Origin: an uncultured Acidobacteriota bacterium
GTDB lineage: Bacteria; Acidobacteriota; JAQAZP01
Reading direction: 5' to 3'
DNA: 64,000 nt
NCBI GenBank assembly: GCA_963836075.1
Contig: CAWIIB010000009.1
Span: forward strand, 1,376,001-1,440,000
The notes under the pieces were generated by a model. That model saw only the letters and a program-made list of their open reading frames with translations, made no database searches and was not told the DNA's origin. Shown piece after piece: positions 56,479-64,000 of the stretch (the first letter of the stretch is position 1; each line of letters starts with the position of its first letter). Position numbers and translations under genes: made by a program.

Positions 56479-56946
56479 TTACCGAAACTCGATCTCGAGT
56501 TTCGCTTTGGCAATGCTCTCCAGCGGGATGCGCCAGGTGCTCTTGCTTCCCTCGAGCGTCAGCTCGCGATCGTCCACCTCCCGGATCCGTCCCAGGAAGC
56601 GTTTGCGGTCGTCGAGCACTTCTGTTGTGCTGATCCTGGCCAGCCGCCCGATATTGCGTTCGAAATCGCGTCTCGTCTGGAGCGGCCGGTTCACACCGGG
56701 GGAAGATACCTCCAGTATATACGAATCAGGGATGAAGTCCTCCACTTCCAGCGCCAGGTCCAGCCGCTCGCTCAGCGACTGGCAGTGGGCCAGCGAGATT
56801 CCCTCATCCCGGTGGATGAAAACTCTCAGATACGTCCGACGGCCCTCGTGGGTGTACGTCGCCTCCACCAGTTCCAGGTCGGATCCGCGGACCAGTTCCT
56901 CCACCAGGCGGTGGACACGCTGTTCGATCTCTCGTCGAGCCGCCAC
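56479..56946 (-). CDS. rimP: Ribosome maturation factor RimP
   Basis: LRVFI..C..S..LD..YILEVSSPG..RPL; GTG start after GGAGG. Confidence 0.95.
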   Translation of the reverse strand: MAARREIEQRVHRLVEELVRGSDLELVEATYTHEGRRTYLRVFIHRDEGISLAHCQSLSERLDLALEVEDFIPDSYILEVSSPGVNRPLQTRRDFERNIGRLARISTTEVLDDRKRFLGRIREVDDRELTLEGSKSTWRIPLESIAKAKLEIEFR

Positions 56947-56961
56947 CGCGCAGCCTCCCAA

Positions 56962-56988
56962 GTCGCCACCAATAAAAAAAGCGGGCAG
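56962..56988 (-). promoter_or_regulatory. rimP leader hairpin / attenuator
   Basis: AAGTGGGCTCCTGCCCGCTTTTTTT upstream of rimP. Confidence 0.6.
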
Positions 56989-57115
56989 GAGCCCACTTGA
57001 CGAACAGTGGAATTGCAGTAAAGCTATCATGGAATTGAAAACAGATCAACCTCTTGTTATCCCGGGAGATGCGCGCCGGTGAAGAGTGGTGAACCGGCAA
57101 AAGGAGCCCCATGCC

Positions 57116-57925
57116 ATGAGCGCTGACAAGAAGCTCGAGCGGCTGCAGTCGATTCTGGGTGAGATGGGTTCGGCTGTGGTGGCCTTCAGCGGTGGAGTGG
57201 ACAGCACCTTCCTGGCCCACCAGGCCCACCAGGCGCTTGGTGGACAGAGCCTCTGCGTGACCATTCGCAGTTGTATCCACCCGGCCTTTGAAATGGAAGA
57301 GGCGGCCGAACTGGTGCGTTCCATCGGGCTCCGTCACCGCTTCATCGATGCCGACGTGATGTCGGTTCCCGAGGTCAGCTCCAACAGCCCGGACCGCTGC
57401 TACCACTGCAAGCACACCCTCTTTTCCCGGATGTCCTCGCTGGCCGCGGCCGAGGGCCTGGCCTGGGTGGCCGACGGGAGCAACGTTGACGATGACGATG
57501 ATTACCGCCCGGGGATGCGGGCGCTGGCCGAACTGGGGATCCGTTCCCCGCTGCGTGAAGCGGAGCTGACCAAGGTGGAGATACGTGAACTCTCACGGCG
57601 GTTCGACCTGCCCACCTGGGATAAACCGGCCTATGCCTGCCTGGCCACCCGGATCCCCTACGGCCGGTCCCTCACCGCCGATGCCCTGCGGATGGTGGAG
57701 CAGGGTGAGGCGGCCCTGCGGGAAATGGGGTTCCGGCGTTTCCGGTTGCGGCATCACGGGGACACGGCGCGGATCGAGATCGCGCCGGAGGAGTTGGGCC
57801 GCGCCCTCGATGCCGCGGCGGCAGCGGAGATGCTGGCGCGGATCAAGCCCCTGGGGTACACCTACGTCGCTCTTGACCTGGAGGGCTATCGCACTGGCAG
57901 CATGAACGATGCCATCGGGAAATAA
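57116..57925 (+). CDS. larE: ATP-dependent sacrificial sulfur transferase LarE-like
   Basis: AFSGGVDS PP-loop, RCYHCK, DYRPG, WDKP..ACLATRIPYG, GYRTGSMN. Confidence 0.9.
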   Translation: MSADKKLERLQSILGEMGSAVVAFSGGVDSTFLAHQAHQALGGQSLCVTIRSCIHPAFEMEEAAELVRSIGLRHRFIDADVMSVPEVSSNSPDRCYHCKHTLFSRMSSLAAAEGLAWVADGSNVDDDDDYRPGMRALAELGIRSPLREAELTKVEIRELSRRFDLPTWDKPAYACLATRIPYGRSLTADALRMVEQGEAALREMGFRRFRLRHHGDTARIEIAPEELGRALDAAAAAEMLARIKPLGYTYVALDLEGYRTGSMNDAIGK

Positions 57926-57940
57926 TGAACCGCTGGTACA

Positions 57941-57977
57941 CGGAAAGAGGGCGCCGGTTTTCGACGCCCTCTTTCCG
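57941..57977. terminator. Hairpin between convergent genes
   Basis: CGGAAAGAGGGCG..CGCCCTCTTTCCG. Confidence 0.75.
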
Positions 57978-58000
57978 TGCGGTCAATCCAGAATGCAGGG

Positions 58001-59122
58001 CTACTTCTTCTTCGCCGCTTTTGACCCGCTTTTGGCGGCAGCCTTCGACTTGGCCATGATTTTCTTCTGGGCCTGCTCCTGCTGCAGCTTGAAGCTGAGG
58101 AAGTCGTCAACCTCTTTCTGCGCCTTTTTGGAGAGGGTGGAGAAGCAGTTGAAATACTGGTGGTCAAGGGAATCCAGGGAGAATCCATCGGGTTCCAGAC
58201 CGGGGGCCACGTTCAGACGGGCGAGGATCTTTCCCAGGACCTCGAGATCCACGTCGGTCTTGTCGCCCTCCAGTTTCTCCAGGGAGCGGCTCACCACCCC
58301 CACTTCCTTGGCCAGGGCGGAGAGGCTGAGGTCACGGCTCTTGCGGCACTCGCGCAGCTTCGCCCCCAGGCCCCGGTTCACCGGCGGCGGCGCGGCGCTC
58401 TTGTCCAGGTAGGCGTAGGTGCTCTCGAAGACCGGTATGGCTGAGGAGACGGTCAGCTCCATCCGGGAGTGGTCGAACTGCCAGGAATCCACCGCGGAAT
58501 TGAACAGCATGGTCAGCAGGTGGCGGCCCGGCAGGTTGTACTCCCGCTTCAGCTTCTCCTCGATCAGGGCGTGCGTGTCCTCGGCGTCGCCGGTGATCTC
58601 ACCGTATTTCTGGAGGAATTCCTCGCTGGCTTCGGGCTCCATGTCGGAGGTCAGCAGCTCTTCCTTCAGCTGGGCCACCGGGCTGTTGGTCGACTTTTTC
58701 AGTTCCGAGTCGATAAACACGGTCTCCAGGGTACGGATCACCAGGGTGTGGACGATCAGCCGTTCCTGGAAGCCGAACTCCTGGGTGCCCAGTTCCCGTT
58801 CGGTCTCCTTCCGGTTCTTGCACTTGGAAAGGATCAGCCCGCGGAGGTTGGGGTACCGTGGCGACGGCGGTTCGAAGTACTTGCGTGCGTCACCCTGGGC
58901 CCGGTGCAGCGCGGCCCAGCGGATATATTCCTCCACATTGTCTTCCAGTTCGATGGCCAGGCGTTTGGCAATGGGCACCGTGGGCACCTTGCGGCCGGTT
59001 TCGATCTGGCTGATATAGACCGGATCGATGCCCACCAGATTCGCCAGCTGGTATTGCCGGAGGGCCTTGGCCTTGCGCTTGGTCCGGATACGTTCGGCGA
59101 ACCGGGTATCGATTTTTTTCAT
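58001..59122 (-). CDS. Transcriptional regulator with two XRE-HTH domains
   Basis: QYQLANLVGIDPVYISQIETG at the N-terminus; SLSALAKEVGV..LEKLEG near the C-terminus. Confidence 0.85.
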   Translation of the reverse strand: MKKIDTRFAERIRTKRKAKALRQYQLANLVGIDPVYISQIETGRKVPTVPIAKRLAIELEDNVEEYIRWAALHRAQGDARKYFEPPSPRYPNLRGLILSKCKNRKETERELGTQEFGFQERLIVHTLVIRTLETVFIDSELKKSTNSPVAQLKEELLTSDMEPEASEEFLQKYGEITGDAEDTHALIEEKLKREYNLPGRHLLTMLFNSAVDSWQFDHSRMELTVSSAIPVFESTYAYLDKSAAPPPVNRGLGAKLRECRKSRDLSLSALAKEVGVVSRSLEKLEGDKTDVDLEVLGKILARLNVAPGLEPDGFSLDSLDHQYFNCFSTLSKKAQKEVDDFLSFKLQQEQAQKKIMAKSKAAAKSGSKAAKKK

Positions 59123-59339
59123 CTGCTTACTCCCGGGGGACGATCAATCTTGCCCCGTGCAAGTCCTCAACCACGGAATTGTGGCTGATCCTGGGAAACG
59201 TGGGGGTGGACTTTTATATACTGCCCTGTATGACTGAAATGTAATCTTATTCCATATGCGTTGTCAAGAAAATAATTAAACGATTTATTTCTAATTTTTA
59301 TAATCATGATGAAGTTTTCTTATCGTCGGACGTCCAGAC

Positions 59340-59369
59340 AAAAAAAGGACGGCCCGGAGGCCGTCCCTT
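59340..59369 (-). terminator. hup terminator
   Basis: GGACGGCC..GGCCGTCCTTTTTTT on the minus strand. Confidence 0.85.
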
Positions 59370-59392
59370 ATCTGTATCCTGCTGACCGGAGG

Positions 59393-59662
59393 TCAGATGG
59401 AGGTTTCGAGCTTCTTGCCGGGTTTGAACTTGGCGACCTTCTTGGCCTTGATCTTGATCACTTCGCCGGTCTGCGGGTTTCTGCCCTTTCTGGCCTTCCT
59501 CTTGCTGGCGGAGAAGGTGCCGAAGCCCACCAGGGTCACTTTCTGGTTCTTTTTCAGGGATTTCGTGATGCCCTCGAGGAGGGAATTCAGAGCGGTGTTG
59601 GCTGCGGTCTTGGGAATGTCCGCGTCCTTGGCCATCTTGGCGATCAGTTCAGACTTGTTCAT
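59393..59662 (-). CDS. hup: HU DNA-binding protein
   Basis: MNKSELI..LVGFGTF..GRNPQTGE..KFKPGK.L. Confidence 0.97.
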   Translation of the reverse strand: MNKSELIAKMAKDADIPKTAANTALNSLLEGITKSLKKNQKVTLVGFGTFSASKRKARKGRNPQTGEVIKIKAKKVAKFKPGKKLETSI

Positions 59663-59724
59663 ACGTCTGCGCTCCTTGTGAGAAAGTCTCTGTTGCTGTA
59701 CGTAAGGTGGATATTGTCAGGCGA

Positions 59725-59753
59725 TTTATATCAAAGCCGGTGGGAAGTGTCAA
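59725..59753 (-). promoter_or_regulatory. Sigma70 promoter of hup
   Basis: TTGACA-17 nt-TATAAA. Confidence 0.7.
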
Positions 59754-60070
59754 GGATCATTTCTCTGTAACCCGCGCCGGCACTGGGTTTGCTGAATATC
59801 ACCATTGTGAATGTAGTATTCACGGGTATTACGGCGTGATGATTGTTCTAAAGCCATCAATACAAATGGTATAAACAGATTTTAGAATAATAAATATATA
59901 CTCGAGAGCGACCGTTCCGCCTTCATGGATCCTTGCCTGAATTGGTGTTTCAAGAGTTTTCCCTATTTTTTTTTCTTTATTTCCGGCGGCATGCCGGTCC
60001 GCTCCGGTGCATCAGCGGTTCCGGGCGCCCCCGGGGAACGGCCTGGCCCGGTCTCCGGCCCTGCCGTTCC

Positions 60071-60100
60071 TTGACTTTGGTTCCGGCGGATACCTATAAT
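60071..60100 (+). promoter_or_regulatory. Sigma70 promoter of the wzm operon
   Basis: TTGACT-18 nt-TATAAT. Confidence 0.65.
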
Positions 60101-60192
60101 CGCCTGCCTCTAACTATGTGCGTCTGAAAAGCTTTTACGCACGGCCAGCTATGTGCGGCGCCCGGGCAGCCGTAAAAAGGGGGTTGCAGGGG

Positions 60193-61005
60193 ATGCAGGA
60201 AAGCCGACTCACCGTTCTTGGTGAACTGCGCGGACTCCTGGAATACAAGGAACTGGTGCGCAACCTGGTGGTTCGCGACCTGAAGATAAAGTACAAGGGG
60301 TCGGTGCTCGGTTTCTTCTGGTCCCTGATCAACACCCTGATCATGCTGATGGTCTACTGGTTCGTCTTTACCGTTGTATTTTATGTGGACCAGGAAAACT
60401 TCCCCGTATACTTTATTCTCGGCTACCTGCCCTGGAACTTCTTCGTTATTTCCCTGATGACCTCCTGCAGTTCCATCGTCGACAATGCCGGCCTGATCAA
60501 GAAGGTCTATTTCCCGCGGATGATCATCCCCCTGTCCATCGTATTGTCCAGCTTTGTCCAGTTCCTGCTCACCTTTATCGTGCTTCTGCCGGCGCTCTGG
60601 TATTTCGATATCCGGCTCAACCTTTCGTTGATCGCTTTGCCGGGGGTGATGGCCCTGCACATTCTCTTCACCTGCGGGATCTGCTTTTTTGTCTCCACCG
60701 TCTATGTCTACTTCCGGGACACCAGGCACTTTCTGGAGATCCTGGTCACCATCTGGTTCTGGGCCACGCCCATCGTCTATCCCATTTCCAAGGTGATCAA
60801 CGCCAATGCGCCGCAGGCGGTGAAGTGGATTCTGCTCTACAATCCCATGACCCAGTTCATCAACGCCTACCGGGACGTGCTCTTCGATTCCGGTTTTCCT
60901 TCGCCGCGGCGCTGGCTCGCCCTGGCCCTGGTGACCCTGGTGACCCTGGTGATCGGGTTCTTCGTTTTCCACCGGCAGCAACCGAAGTTTGCCGAAACGC
61001 TCTGA
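60193..61005 (+). CDS. wzm: Polysaccharide ABC exporter permease
   Basis: RDLKIKYKGSVLGFFWS, LIKKVYFPR, FWATPIVYP, NPM. Confidence 0.92.
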   Translation: MQESRLTVLGELRGLLEYKELVRNLVVRDLKIKYKGSVLGFFWSLINTLIMLMVYWFVFTVVFYVDQENFPVYFILGYLPWNFFVISLMTSCSSIVDNAGLIKKVYFPRMIIPLSIVLSSFVQFLLTFIVLLPALWYFDIRLNLSLIALPGVMALHILFTCGICFFVSTVYVYFRDTRHFLEILVTIWFWATPIVYPISKVINANAPQAVKWILLYNPMTQFINAYRDVLFDSGFPSPRRWLALALVTLVTLVIGFFVFHRQQPKFAETL

Positions 61006-61021
61006 CGGAGGGCGAGGATCG

Positions 61022-62353
61022 ATGAAAGCGGAACCGGTGATCAGCGGCAGGAACCTGTCGAAGAAATTCACCATCCACCACCTGAAGACCACCAATCTCA
61101 AGGAGCGGCTCCTGGGGATGGTGCACCGCAAGAACTTCACCCGTGAGGTCTTCTGGGCCCTCAAGGATGTCGATTTCGAGGTGGCCCGGGGGGAGACCCT
61201 GGGCCTGATCGGGCCCAACGGTTCGGGAAAGAGCACGCTGCTCCAGCTGATCGCCCGGATCATCCTCCCCGACCGGGGGACGGTGAGCATCAACGGCCGC
61301 GTGGCCGCGCTGCTGGAACTGGGGGCCGGGTTCAACCCCGACCTCAGCGGCCGGGAGAACATCTTCCTCAACAGTTCAATCCTCGGTTTCGGCCGGCGGG
61401 AGATCGAGGCCAAGCTCGACGACATCATTGCCTTTTCCGAGCTGGAGCGCTTTATCGACACCCCGGTGCGCAACTACTCTTCGGGGATGTATGCCCGTCT
61501 CGGCTTCTCCATCGCCGTTCACGTGGATCCCGATATTCTGCTGGTGGACGAGGTCCTGGCGGTGGGCGACGAGGCCTTTGCCCGAAAGTGCGCGGACAAG
61601 TTCGACCTCTTCCGCCAGAAGAAGAAGACCATCGTCATCGTTTCCCACGACCTCGACGCCGTGGAGCGGCTCTGCGACCGGGCCCTGCTGCTGCACAAGG
61701 GCGAAGTGGTCACCCTGGGCAAGGCCCGCGACGCGATCATCGACTACCACCGGCTGGTGGCCCGGATTCAGCGGACGCAGGAGAAGGAGGAGCGGGCGCG
61801 GGTCAGGCGGCAGCTGGAGGCGGAGCAGCCCGCTGCCGCAGATGAGGATGCCGCGGAGGCCGAATTCGAAGCCGAGATGGACCGGGTGACCTACAATGAG
61901 GATCGTAGCCGCTGGGGTACCGGTGAGGTGACCATCTCCGGCGTGACCTTCCACAACGACCGCGGCGAGGAGGAAACCGACTTTCGCACCGGGGAGAAAC
62001 TGGTGGCCCGGATCCACTACCAGGCTCGGGATGAAGTGCGGGAGCCGGTGTTCGGGGTGGCGCTCTTCGACCGCAACGGGGTGCAGATCAACGGCCCGAA
62101 CAGCTACTTCAGCGACTACAGGATCGACCGTATCGGGCCGGGGGACGGGCACATGGACTATGTGGTGGAGAACCTGCCCCTGCTGCCCGGGAAATACCTC
62201 TTCTCGGCGGCGGTTTACCGCAAGGATCTGCGGACACCTTTCGACCACCGGGAGCGGAGCTACTCCTTCCGGGTGATCGAGGGCCAGGTGCGGGAGCGCC
62301 TGGGCCTGGTGCAGCTGGAGAACAGCTGGTCCCTCCACCGCGGAGGAGAGTGA
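61022..62353 (+). CDS. wzt: Polysaccharide ABC exporter ATPase with C-terminal Wzt_C domain
   Basis: GPNGSGKST, YSSGMYARL, DEVLAVGD, C-terminal Ig-like domain. Confidence 0.93.
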   Translation: MKAEPVISGRNLSKKFTIHHLKTTNLKERLLGMVHRKNFTREVFWALKDVDFEVARGETLGLIGPNGSGKSTLLQLIARIILPDRGTVSINGRVAALLELGAGFNPDLSGRENIFLNSSILGFGRREIEAKLDDIIAFSELERFIDTPVRNYSSGMYARLGFSIAVHVDPDILLVDEVLAVGDEAFARKCADKFDLFRQKKKTIVIVSHDLDAVERLCDRALLLHKGEVVTLGKARDAIIDYHRLVARIQRTQEKEERARVRRQLEAEQPAAADEDAAEAEFEAEMDRVTYNEDRSRWGTGEVTISGVTFHNDRGEEETDFRTGEKLVARIHYQARDEVREPVFGVALFDRNGVQINGPNSYFSDYRIDRIGPGDGHMDYVVENLPLLPGKYLFSAAVYRKDLRTPFDHRERSYSFRVIEGQVRERLGLVQLENSWSLHRGGE

Positions 62354-63528
62354 TGACCGAAGAACAGGCCTTCCTCCCCTTTGACATCTACCAGCGCTAC
62401 CGGGTGATCGCCGATCTCGCCGGGGCCTGTCTGGACCGCTTTGGCTGCCCGGAGGGCGGAGTGCTGGACGTGGGCGGCTACCCCGGGCACCTGGCCGCTT
62501 TTCTCCCCCGGCAACGGGTCACCTTCTGCGACCTGATCGAGGGCGAGATATCCCACTCGCCCTATGTGCGCGGGTCCGCCGCCGCGCTGCCATTCCCCGA
62601 CAACGCCTTCCCGGTGGTCAGCTGCTGCGATGTTCTGGAGCACGTCCCGCCGGCGGGGCGCCGGCGCGTCCTCGACGAGCTGCTCCGGGTGGCCTCGCTG
62701 GCCGTGGTGGTGGCCGGGCCGTTCGACGACCCCGGGGTGGCCGAGGCGGAGAAGATCGTCTCCGACTACTACCAGTCACTGTGGCACGAGGAGCACCCCT
62801 GGCTGGCCGAGCACCTGGACCTGGGGCTGCCCGGAGCGGAGGAGGTCACCGGCTGGGCCGCGGAGCGGGGCCTGCCGGCGGTCTCCCTGCCCAACGGCTA
62901 TCTGCACCACTGGACGCTGATGATGTTCGCCAACCACCTGACCCTTTCCATGCCCGGCTTTCCGGAGATGTATCAGCACTTCAACAAATACTACAACCTC
63001 TACTTCTTTCCCGAGTCGAACCGCGAACCGTCCTACCGCCGGGTGATCTACATCCAGAAGGCCCCGGGAGATCTGCCGCAGGAACTGCCGGCAGCCCTGC
63101 CCCGCCGCGCCGACGGCCGGGAGGATGTCCGCGATATCCACCGCCTGCTGCAGGTTTTCTTTCGCTGCGTCGCCGACCGGGCCCAGGGGCATCACCGCTA
63201 TGCCCTGGAGCAGGCGAAAAAACTCGAGGACGCGTTGTCCGGTGAGGAGGGGATCCTGGTCAGGCAGTTGCGCGAGAAGGAAACCCGCTACGAGGAAGCC
63301 CTGGCCGATCACCGTCGGGCCATGGCCCTGGCCCGCGACGAGTTGACCGCCCAGCAGGCCCGCATCGAACGTCTCGAGGAGGCGCTGGCCCAGCGCGCTG
63401 CCGAGGGAGCGGAGTTCCGCCGGCTGGCCGGGGAACGGGAGCGGCTGCTCCGCCAGGTGGAGGCGAGCTACTCCCACCGCCTGGCCCGGGCCCTGAAGCG
63501 GCTGCTGGGCCGGGAGGGCGGACGATGA
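62350..63528 (+). CDS. Methyltransferase with C-terminal coiled coil (WbdD-like architecture)
   Basis: VLDVGG, LPFPD, DVLEH; heptad-rich C-terminus. Confidence 0.75.
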   Translation: MMTEEQAFLPFDIYQRYRVIADLAGACLDRFGCPEGGVLDVGGYPGHLAAFLPRQRVTFCDLIEGEISHSPYVRGSAAALPFPDNAFPVVSCCDVLEHVPPAGRRRVLDELLRVASLAVVVAGPFDDPGVAEAEKIVSDYYQSLWHEEHPWLAEHLDLGLPGAEEVTGWAAERGLPAVSLPNGYLHHWTLMMFANHLTLSMPGFPEMYQHFNKYYNLYFFPESNREPSYRRVIYIQKAPGDLPQELPAALPRRADGREDVRDIHRLLQVFFRCVADRAQGHHRYALEQAKKLEDALSGEEGILVRQLREKETRYEEALADHRRAMALARDELTAQQARIERLEEALAQRAAEGAEFRRLAGERERLLRQVEASYSHRLARALKRLLGREGGR

Positions 63529-64000
63529 CCGCGGGCGGCGAGCCGTCGCGGCCTGCCTGCCCCCCCGCGGTCTCGGTCATCGTGGTCAATTACAACGCCG
63601 GGGAACTGCTGGATCGCTGTCTCGACTCGCTGGTGACCCGCACGGACACGCTGACGGCCGAGGTCATCCTGGTGGACAATGCATCCACCGACGGTTCCGC
63701 GGAGCGGGTCGCCCGGCAGCACCCCGGGATCACCTTCATCCCTGCCGGCGCCAACCTCGGTTTTGCCGGCGGGGTGTGCCGGGGCGTGGCCGAAGCCACC
63801 GGACCGGTCCTCTTTCTGCTCAATCCGGACGCCGAGGTTTTCCCCGATACTCTGGAACAGTTGGTGTCGGGGCTGGCCAATGACCCCCGGCTGGCGGTGG
63901 CCGGCTGCAAGATCTACGAACCGGACCGCTCCACCCTGCAGCATGCCGGCGCTGTTCTCCATCCCTCGCTGATCACCTCGCACCTGGGCCGTGGTGAAGC
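63525..64000 (+). CDS. GT2 family glycosyltransferase (3' truncated by window edge)
   Basis: VSVIVVNYN, VDNASTDGS, NLGFAGG, LLNPD; ATGA overlap with the upstream gene. Confidence 0.9.
   Translation, partial: MTAGGEPSRPACPPAVSVIVVNYNAGELLDRCLDSLVTRTDTLTAEVILVDNASTDGSAERVARQHPGITFIPAGANLGFAGGVCRGVAEATGPVLFLLNPDAEVFPDTLEQLVSGLANDPRLAVAGCKIYEPDRSTLQHAGAVLHPSLITSHLGRGE

Overview
High-GC bacterial chromosome segment. It is probably from an uncultured Acidobacteriota-like lineage; this is inferred from gene style only. Right third: a conserved minus-strand cluster rimP-nusA-infB-DUF503-rbfA-nrnA-truB-rpsO-pnp, then larE, a two-HTH regulator, HU and a wzm/wzt/methyltransferase/GT2 glycan-export operon. 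Left half: metabolic and signalling genes (sulfatase-like proteins, three radical SAM enzymes, ECF sigma/anti-sigma, a two-component system, a Ser/Thr kinase-TPR) and secreted FG-GAP proteins. Most notable: (1) the last codons of pnp plus its terminator occur three times (about 31.8, 42.7 and 46.5 kb) with only synonymous differences. They delimit two tandem, integrase-less accessory islands apparently targeted to the pnp 3' end; cargo includes ECF/anti-sigma/CHAT proteases, an HTH-nucleotidyltransferase pair and several IS. (2) A ~118-aa C-terminal domain (DVTPxPYNQPPY motif, two Cys) is shared by two otherwise unrelated secreted proteins, a candidate new sorting/anchoring domain. (3) A 3.45-kb MNT-HEPN island is bounded by a tRNA 3' fragment and an 11-bp direct repeat. 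Several single-base frameshifts may be assembly errors. No CRISPR array, rRNA, complete tRNA or reverse transcriptase was seen.
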